Positions 56,113 to 64,000 of a stretch of 64,000 bases of DNA are shown here, in pieces (the first letter of the stretch is position 1; the number at the start of each line of letters is the position of its first letter). Source of the stretch: Balanoglossus misakiensis (taxonomy: Eukaryota; Animalia; Hemichordata); the NCBI GenBank assembly GCA_040954595.2, contig CM082589.2, positions 2,910,075-2,974,074 of the forward strand. The letters run 5' to 3'. The notes under the pieces were generated by a model. The model did not search any database and had not been told where the DNA came from. It saw only the letters and a list, made by a program, of their open reading frames with translations. Made by a program: the position numbers and the translations under genes.

Positions 56113-56254
56113 GGGAAGCTGTGCATTTAGCGCGAGATTTCGGTTACGTCAGTGAAACAGAGTTCCCTGCCAGACAACTAGCCGAATACATAGCAAGGCA
56201 ACATTCGGACCCCACCGAACAACAAACCAGAAGAAACATGGTCTTAGCTGCAAA
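56113..56254 (+). CDS. TFAP2: AP-2 family transcription factor, 142-nt coding exon (equivalent to human TFAP2A exon 6; helix-span-helix domain)
   Basis: Absent from the ORF track on this strand; translated by hand as (G)[46 protein letters not shown](K). Acceptor ttattttcAG ends at 56112. Donor AA|GTAAGT starts at 56255. Phases 1/2. Confidence 0.97.
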
Positions 56255-56634
56255 GTAAGTCCTTCTACCTTTGCCCTCGCCCTCTAGGCTACCATGCCCC
56301 TTCTCAAACAGTCGTCCTGAATTACTAAACATGTGGTTGTCTTTAGGTCCGCTCACTGCCTTTTCGAAAGATCGCTCGATGGTTATGAGTTAAATTAGCT
56401 ATTTCAGTTAGCCTTCTTAGCTATTTCTGAAACACATCTTGTGTTTAGAGATTATTTTCAAGGTCATGTATTCACAGCACCGCAGGGAGGGGGATTTTAA
56501 AGCTTTCATTGCAAAGAATATTGAGCTAACGAATTTCTAAAGATGGCGGACACTTTGCTCGTGCAATAGACTACAGTCGCGAAAGGCACACTGGGTATTA
56601 ATCACGTGCATGTTTCCTCCTCTTTCATTGGCAG
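56255..56634 (+). other. TFAP2: TFAP2 intron, 380 nt, GT-AG, phase 2
   Basis: GTAAGT...CAG. The flanking exons join as ..VLAA|KQVCKE... Confidence 0.95.
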
Positions 56635-56959
56635 ACAAGTTTGTAAAGAACTCCAAGATATGCTAAGTCAAGATCGGTCACCTCTGGGCAACACGAGGCC
56701 ACAAGTGATACTGGACCCAGCTATACAGCGCTGTCTCACCCATTTTAGTTTGATAAGCCACGGTTTCGGAACTCCGGCAATGTGTGCCGCCCTCACCGCT
56801 ATTCAGAATTATTTCACAGAAATGTTGAAATACCAGGAAAAAGCTTTTCCCAGCGTGACTGCACAGCATTCATCCACAGGTGCTAAGTTGGACTCCAACT
56901 CCAATAAGAACAATAGCGAGAAGACATCGTCGGAGGACAGAAAACAGGATGTCGTGTAA
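56635..56959 (+). CDS. TFAP2: AP-2 family transcription factor, terminal coding exon (equivalent to human TFAP2A exon 7)
   Basis: Translates to (K)[65 protein letters not shown]...RKQDVV*, containing the AP-2 motifs QDRSPLGN and [12 protein letters not shown]. Acceptor tcctcctctttcattggcAG ends at 56634. Stop TAA ends at 56959. Confidence 0.97.
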
Positions 56960-59900
56960 AAGCTGTTCGCTTCGTACAAAATCATGATAAGAGAGAGAAC
57001 TGTGTGAATGAGTGTTGTATACATACCGACACTTGTGGGTAGGGCAACTATGCACTGTACTCGGGTGTCATCGACATACTCCGTCTATAGTACGATGTCT
57101 GCCGAAGATTTCCGACGGCTGTGATGCTCGGATATTCGGAATAACTATATATAGGAACGCACGCGCACTGATGGCAAGACTGGCTCGAATTTATTTCGCT
57201 GTAACACTAATTTATCATTATCTTCAGATTGGGGCTGTATACGTTTTTTTATGGGTGGAGCCAGGATAAAACTACATCCTTGACTTTTGTTGCCATGACA
57301 ATCATTTTCAGTGGATTATCAAGTGCTGCCATGTTTTTTGTGGACTTGAAAATTTTGCACTTTTTGTTAGCGGCTTAGTTTTTACAGATACATCACTCCT
57401 TTCGCAAAGAGTGTTTTCGTTTTGTCAAGACTGTTGGGTTTTTGAAGCCCAAAGAAATACCGTCTGTATCATTCATATTCTGTAGTGTAATGTACGTAAA
57501 TATTAGTATTTTTGTGTAAACAACTCATTAGGTGACACCGACGTTTATTCTGGACTCTAGAGTGCGCTGTTTATGTCCGCATAAGGGGGAGAAAAAAACA
57601 TTTGGCGAAATACGCCTTTGAGGACCGGACGAGCCTGTAGCGGGCACCGCTTTCGCACAAGGCAGTCATGTGGGACTCAAGACTGACCTGGGTCATTTTA
57701 CATGCTGCATGAGACGACAACTGCAATTGTAGATTTGTGACGGTGCATTGCATGCAGGGAAATCAAGATGGTGGTAGAAAATTTGAACAAAACATAAAGC
57801 TATTCTTGATTTCTTAGAAATATGGCGCGTGGCTCCGGGTATATAGACTAGCGACAGCGTAATGCAGTATACGAGTTAAATCCGTCCGTACCTTTAGATA
57901 TCATTCGGTACACTCTTACGAGAGAAGCTGGTCGCTTACAATTTCAATGTGATGTGACTGTGTTCCATACTTCATACTCTGTGAGGCGGTCTCGTTTATC
58001 GTGCTTTGGAAGCACAACAGAAAAACAAAAAATTTAATGTGGTCACGTGACCAACTTTAAACAAAATTACCTGCCAGACAGAGTTCAAGTTGGAACACTT
58101 TGACAATGGTAATTTAAGTCGACTGTCGTTTACTGAAAGAGTTTGGTCACTGACCGTAGATTGGACCGTGTATGCGTTGTGCATGTCGCAGCTATAAGTA
58201 GTGGTATTTTTTTAAATTTTGTTTTGCAATACATGTAGTATTTTGAGGGTATGAGGTGACGGGCTCAAAAGCAAGTAAGCTTATATATAGTAAATATTTA
58301 TACATACTGCACTTTTGGGCTGACGATTTATTAATGATTATATTGACTCTGGTTAAAGAGTAGAAAGCATTTTTTTTTAAATTTTGTTTGAAGTTAAGAC
58401 AATCAACAGAGATCGTTGAACTTTGACCCGGGAAGCTCACTGGTTATTTAAATTTCGATGATTTTCTTTCGGGCGTATTTGTAGCCTGTGGTCAGGACTT
58501 CCGGGCCAAATTTGTGAGGATTTGGTTTCAGTAATGTCCAATATGGCTCTTTTTGCAACAACTGTCACCTTTGTTCTATTTTGTGGATAATTAACTGGAA
58601 AAGTGCCCGGATGTTATTTTATGCTCATGCTGAGCGAGATATTAAATGGAGTGGGGTGGGTTGGGGGGAGAGCTGGTCTTGCTATCATTGCGCATGTGCG
58701 AGATTTTAGCGTATTCACTTTGTTTTTGCATTCCAGTTCGTTGTGTGTGGAAGGACTAACTATGAGAAATCAAAAAAGAGTTCACTACTCAGTTTGTTTT
58801 TTGTTTTGTTTTGTTTTTGGTTTCCGTTTATGTGCAAACATGACAGGCATGTTGGCAATAATTTAATATTCATAAAATATAAGTATATATAAACTCAATC
58901 GGTGTGATTGCTATGTTTTTGTGCAGATATTTGTAGACTTTACGTTCGTTACTCTTCTTTCATTTTAACAAATTTAAATATGTTTGGATGGGATTTTTAG
59001 CAGAATGTGAAATTTTTCTATTTTATTTTACGCCACCTGTAAAAATTTAGACTATGTCCCCAAAACTTATATCTATATCGTATCCCCTAAAATTTCAGTT
59101 TTTAACAATGTCTTTTGAAAAAAAAAATCGCAGAAAATGCAGTTTTGAACAAACAGTTGGACCTCTGTCAATGTTTATGGGTGTCTGTGAAAAAAATAAG
59201 AAAATGTACGATTTTTGCAAGTGACGTCATGATTTTTTATTGTTGTCCTTGATGTTTGTCGCCATATTGTTGTAAAGCTTTGAGAGCAGTTGGGAGGATA
59301 TTATATTGTAAACTTTGTGAAACCTGTTCTTGTGGCGTTTGAATCCTGTTTCTGTGATATTTAGCTGCACGGTTGGAAAACAATACACGGCGCATGCTCA
59401 ATCAGTATTTCGATGTGGAATCGGGTAGTTTCTTAGATACATTTTGTACATAATCACGCGGTATCGGTCACCTTGACAACTTGTCACGTGGTCAAGATAC
59501 TTAACATATATTAACATTAAAAAGTTGGTCGGTTCAATACCCCCTTGATCAAAATGAAAACCTTGCATCGTGAACAAAAAAAACAAACACAAATGTCTTT
59601 TTTCACTGTCTGAGATTGACTGAGGATAAGCGGACAGGTGCCAGATTGTTATAACATTTTAAAGAGTTCGTAAGTGTTGGTAATGAGTGTACCTTTTTTA
59701 TTTTGTTCTGTGGCATCTAGTTTTCGATATGGCTGAACAGGCCGACAACTGTATAGTGTACGTAGAGTAAGTCCGTCTCTCGAGCAGAGCTGATATCTTC
59801 GACAATCGACGCCATCTGGATCTTGTAGAGAAATACGCTAGTGTTAGATGTGTCTGAAATTTAACGACAAGAAGCTTTGAAATGAAATTTTACAGCATAT

Positions 59901-60335
59901 ACCTTCAGTGATATTGTTTAGCTGTAGTGGTGTAGTTAATTTAAACAGGCATTCCCGCTTTCGAAAATAATTTATTGACTATCTAATCGCACACTGTTGT
60001 GACGAATAACTCTTCTGGTTATTCGCTGTAGCATCTATCATACTCGGATTGCGCCTGCGCTAAGACCTGCGCAGGCGTTTGTTCGGTGTGAGAAGATGAC
60101 GCTGCAAAATGGGACCCCTGCTCGGGAGACGGATTTCAAGTTCAAGTTTGTAGACCAGGTGGCGGCGTGTGAAACACGCCTGTCGTGGTCAAGTGTAGCA
60201 AGCGATCAAATCGTGCCATCATCCAGAGTGGCATTTCCCTATTTTCTGTACTAGGCATGACGTGTTAGCTATTAATTAACAATTTGGAAACAGAGTACAG
60301 AGTCTATAATAAAACAAGAAAATGTTGATTATAAA
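56960..60335 (+). other. TFAP2: Putative long 3' UTR of TFAP2 (about 3.4 kb)
   Basis: U-rich non-coding sequence after the stop codon. The first canonical AATAAA I could find is at 60308. Variant ATTAAA hexamers near 58641 and 59516 could give shorter ends. The 3' end is inferred, with no transcript evidence. Confidence 0.5.
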
Positions 60336-60380
60336 TTCGCTGTTGTCCTGTGTTTACTGGCTGTCTGGTTGTATGTTCAG
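60308..60380 (+). terminator. Candidate polyadenylation signal with GU-rich downstream element
   Basis: AATAAA at 60308-60313, followed about 25 nt later by the GT-rich tract gctgttgtcctgtgtttactggctgtctggttgtatgttc. Confidence 0.55.
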
Positions 60381-60841
60381 TTCTAATACCCACAGGTGCA
60401 GATCTGAAGTCCTGTTCAGTCTCATTCAGGAGATCTATATTCGCCAACTACAGACGCCCACTCGCTCTTCAAGCCTATACTCAGGGTTGACAAGATTCCT
60501 CGGAAGCATTGTCCTTTGGCACCCAGAATGGTGATTACGAGGCGCATTGTCAGATCAACAATTTGCAATCAAAGGGGCCGAATAACAGGTACACGGATGA
60601 ACCCACCTTGTTTTGTCAGAATACACGCATTGTGTCACCCTATAATGATGTCACAAAGAAGCGAACGACTTCATGTGTGGCGAGGAACATTCCTAACATG
60701 TCCAAACAGGACAGTTAGATTTTTGTCATTTCAAATGGAGTACGTGTCCACCTTGTCTGTCACGCCCTTCACTGGTGGTATTTTAAAAATCTGAATGTAC
60801 ATTGCTGAACCGGGTAAGTAAAAATTTATCATTTTTTTGAA

Positions 60842-63800
60842 GATTTTCATGGGCTATAACCCATGGTTTTTATCAAAAAATGACCAAATTTTGAAAATTC
60901 GCGAAGTCGAAAAATCGTCGATTCTGGACGATTTTCATGGGCTATAACCCATGGTTTTTATCAAAAAATGACCAAATTTTGAAAATTCGCGAAGTCGAAA
61001 AATCGTCGATTCTGGACGATTTTCATGGGCTATAACCCATGGTTTTTATCAAAAAATGACCAAATTTTGAAAATTCGCGAAGTCGAAAAATCGTCGATTC
61101 TGGACGATTTTCATGGGCTATAACCCATGGTTTTTATCAAAAAATGACCAGATTTTGAAAATTCGCGAAGTCGAAAAATCGTCGATTCTGGACGATTTTC
61201 ATGGGCTATAACCCATGGTTTTTATCAAAAAATGACCAAATTTTGAAAATTCGCGAAGTCGAAAAATCGTCGATTCTGGACGATTTTCATGGGCTATAAC
61301 CCATGGTTTTTATCAAAAAATGACCAAATTTTGAAAATTCGCGAAGTCGAAAAATCGTCGATTCTGGACGATTTTCATGGGCTATAACCCATGGTTTTTA
61401 TCAAAAAATGACCAGATTTTGAAAATTCGCGAAGTCGAAAAATCGTCGATTCTGGACGATTTTCATGGGCTATAACCCATGGTTTTTATCAAAAAATGAC
61501 CAGATTTTGAAAATTCGCGAAGTCGAAAAATCGTCGATTCTGGACGATTTTCATGGGCTATAACCCATGGTTTTTATCAAAAAATGACCAGATTTTGAAA
61601 ATTCGCGAAGTCGAAAAATCGTCGATTCTGGACGATTTTCATGGGCTATAACCCATGGTTTTTATCAAAAAATGACCAGATTTTGAAAATTCGCGAAGTC
61701 GAAAAATCGTCGATTCTGGACGATTTTCATGGGCTATAACCCATGGTTTTTAGCAAAAAATGACCAGATTTTGAAAATTCGCGAAGTCGAAAAATCGTCG
61801 ATTCTGGACGATTTTCATGGGCTATAACCCATGGTTTTTATCAAAAAATGACCAAATTTTGAAAATTCGCGAAGTCGAAAAATCGTCGATTCTGGACGAT
61901 TTTCATGGGCTATAACCCATGGTTTTTATCAAAAAATGACCAAATTTTGAAAATTCGCGAAGTCGAAAAATCGTCGATTCTGGACGATTTTCATGGGCTA
62001 TAACCCATGGTTTTTATCAAAAAATGACCAAATTTTGGAAATTCGCGAAGTCGAAAAATCGTCGATTCTGGACGATTTTCATGGGCTATAACCCATGGTT
62101 TTTATCAAAAAATTACCAAATTTTGAAAATTCGCGAAGTCGAAAAATCGTCGATTCTGGACGATTTTCATGGGCTATAACCCATGGTTTTTAGCAAAAAA
62201 TGACCAGATTTTGAAAATTCGCGAAGTCGAAAAATCGTCGATTCTGGACGATTTTCATGGGCTATAACCCATGGTTTTTATCAAAAAATGACCAGATTTT
62301 GAAAATTCGCGAAGTCGAAAAATCGTCGATTCTGGACGATTTTCATGGGCTATAACCCATGGTTTTTATCAAAAAATGACCAGATTTTGAAAATTCGCGA
62401 AGTCGAAAAATCGTCGATTCTGGACGATTTTCATGGGCTATAACCCATGGTTTTTAGCAAAAAATGACCAAATTTTGAAAATTCGCGAAGTCGAAAAATC
62501 GTCGATTCTGGACGATTTTCATGGGCTATAACCCATGGTTTTTAGCAAAAAATGACCAAATTTTGAAAATTCGCGAAGTCGAAAAATCGTCGATTCTGGA
62601 CGATTTTCATGGGCTATAACCCATGGTTTTTAGCAAAAAATGACCAAATTTTGAAAATTCGCGAAGTCGAAAAATCGTCGATTCTGGACGATTTTCATGG
62701 GCTATAACCCATGGTTTTTATCAAAAAATGACCAAATTTTGAAAATTCGCGAAGTCGAAAAATCGTCGATTCTGGACGATTTTCATGGGCTATAACCCAT
62801 GGTTTTTATCAAAAAATGACCAAATTTTGAAAATTCGCGAAGTCGAAAAATCGTCGATTCTGGACGATTTTCATGGGCTATAACCCATGGTTTTTAGCAA
62901 AAAATGACCAAATTTTGAAAATTCGCGAAGTCGAAAAATCGTCGATTCTGGACGATTTTCATGGGCTATAACCCATGGTTTTTATCAAAAAATGACCAGA
63001 TTTTGAAAATTCGCGAAGTCGAAAAATCGTCGATTCTGGACGATTTTCATGGGCTATAACCCATGGTTTTTATCAAAAAATGACCAAATTTTGAAAATTC
63101 GCGAAGTCGAAAAATCGTCGATTCTGGACGATTTTCATGGGCTATAACCCATGGTTTTTAGCAAAAAATGACCAAATTTTGAAAATTCGCGAAGTCGAAA
63201 AATCGTCGATTCTGGACGATTTTCATGGGCTATAACCCATGGTTTTTATCAAAAAATGACCAAATTTTGAAAATTCGCGAAGTCGAAAAATCGTCGATTC
63301 TGGACGATTTTCATGGGCTATAACCCATGGTTTTTATCAAAAAATGACCAAATTTTGAAAATTCGCGAAGTCGAAAAATCGTCGATTCTGGACGATTTTC
63401 ATGGGCTATAACCCATGGTTTTTATCAAAAAATGACCAAATTTTGAAAATTCGCGAAGTCGAAAAATCGTCGATTCTGGACGATTTTCATGGGCTATAAC
63501 CCATGGTTTTTAGCAAAAAATGACCAAATTTTGAAAATTCGCGAAGTCGAAAAATCGTCGATTCTGGACGATTTTCATGGGCTATAACCCATGGTTTTTA
63601 GCAAAAAATGACCAAATTTTGAAAATTCGCGAAGTCGAAAAATCGTCGATTCTGGACGATTTTCATGGGCTATAACCCATGGTTTTTATCAAAAAATGAC
63701 CAAATTTTGAAAATTCGCAAAGTCGAAAAATCGTCGATTCTGGACGATTTTCATGGGCTATAACCCATGGTTTTTATCAAAAAATGACCAAATTTTGAAA

Positions 63801-64000
63801 ATTCGCGAAGTCGAAAAATCGTCGATTCTGGACGATTTTCATGGGCTATAACCCATGGTTTTTATCAAAAAATGACCAAATTTTGGAAATTCGCGAAGTC
63901 GAAAAATCGTCGATTCTGGACGATTTTCATGGGCTATAACCCATGGTTTTTATCAAAAAATGACCAAATTTTGAAAATTCGCGAAGTCGAAAAATCGTCG
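60842..64000. repeat. 88-bp tandem satellite/minisatellite array, about 35.9 copies, running off the window end
   Basis: Unit GATTTTCATGGGCTATAACCCATGGTTTTTATCAAAAAATGACCAAATTTTGAAAATTCGCGAAGTCGAAAAATCGTCGATTCTGGAC (88 nt, 31 G+C). The period was checked at 60842, 60930 and 62162 (15 x 88). No indels between copies and 0-2 substitutions per copy. Confidence 0.99.

Noticed and set aside
59520-59550. B-box-like GGTTCAATACC as a tRNA or SINE
   Set aside because: No A-box at suitable spacing and no cloverleaf. I found no tRNA or rRNA gene anywhere in the window.
60095-60135. SECIS element or hammerhead ribozyme in the 3' UTR hairpin region
   Set aside because: No in-frame UGA in the visible CDS, SECIS ATGA/GA core geometry is not satisfied, and the hammerhead CUGANGA core is absent.
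50-60794. The many short ORFs (60-169 aa) in the supplied track, e.g. 3800-4147, 29153-29662, 40334-40819, 49611-50117
   Set aside because: No recognisable domains, composition typical of random non-coding translation, many alternative starts. Only 15588-15974 and 56606-56959 overlap real exons, and their listed starts lie in introns.
60842-64000. Terminal palindromic repeat array as a CRISPR array or repeat-protein ORF
   Set aside because: Monomers are head-to-tail with no unique spacers, there are no cas genes, and the context is eukaryotic. The 88-nt period is not a multiple of 3 and the ORF track lists no ORF there.

Overview
Eukaryotic (metazoan) genomic DNA, not prokaryotic. The window holds the 3' part of one + strand gene encoding an AP-2 family (TFAP2) transcription factor. 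Four coding exons can be read with canonical AG/GT splice sites and mutually consistent phases: 15682-15886, 37838-37956, 56113-56254 and 56635-56959 (stop). Two of these exons are missing from the supplied ORF track. They are separated by introns of 21,951, 18,156 and 380 nt and encode the basic DNA-binding and helix-span-helix dimerisation domains. I could not find the N-terminal (PY-motif/activation) exons, so bases 1-15681 are probably intronic too. A putative 3' UTR of about 3.4 kb ends near an AATAAA at 60308. From 60842 to the window end there is a very homogeneous 88-bp tandem satellite (about 36 copies) built from abutting dyad symmetries. The introns show no recognisable transposon ORFs but contain microsatellites, strand-biased poly-C runs and isolated transcription-factor motifs. 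The most interesting items are a duplicated 5' splice-site cassette just after the basic-domain exon (a CAG|GTGAGT recursive-splice-like or poison-donor site), the palindrome-rich satellite next to the gene end, and a hairpin cluster in the distal 3' UTR. An invertebrate deuterostome origin is my inference only. I found no evidence for a novel multi-gene system.
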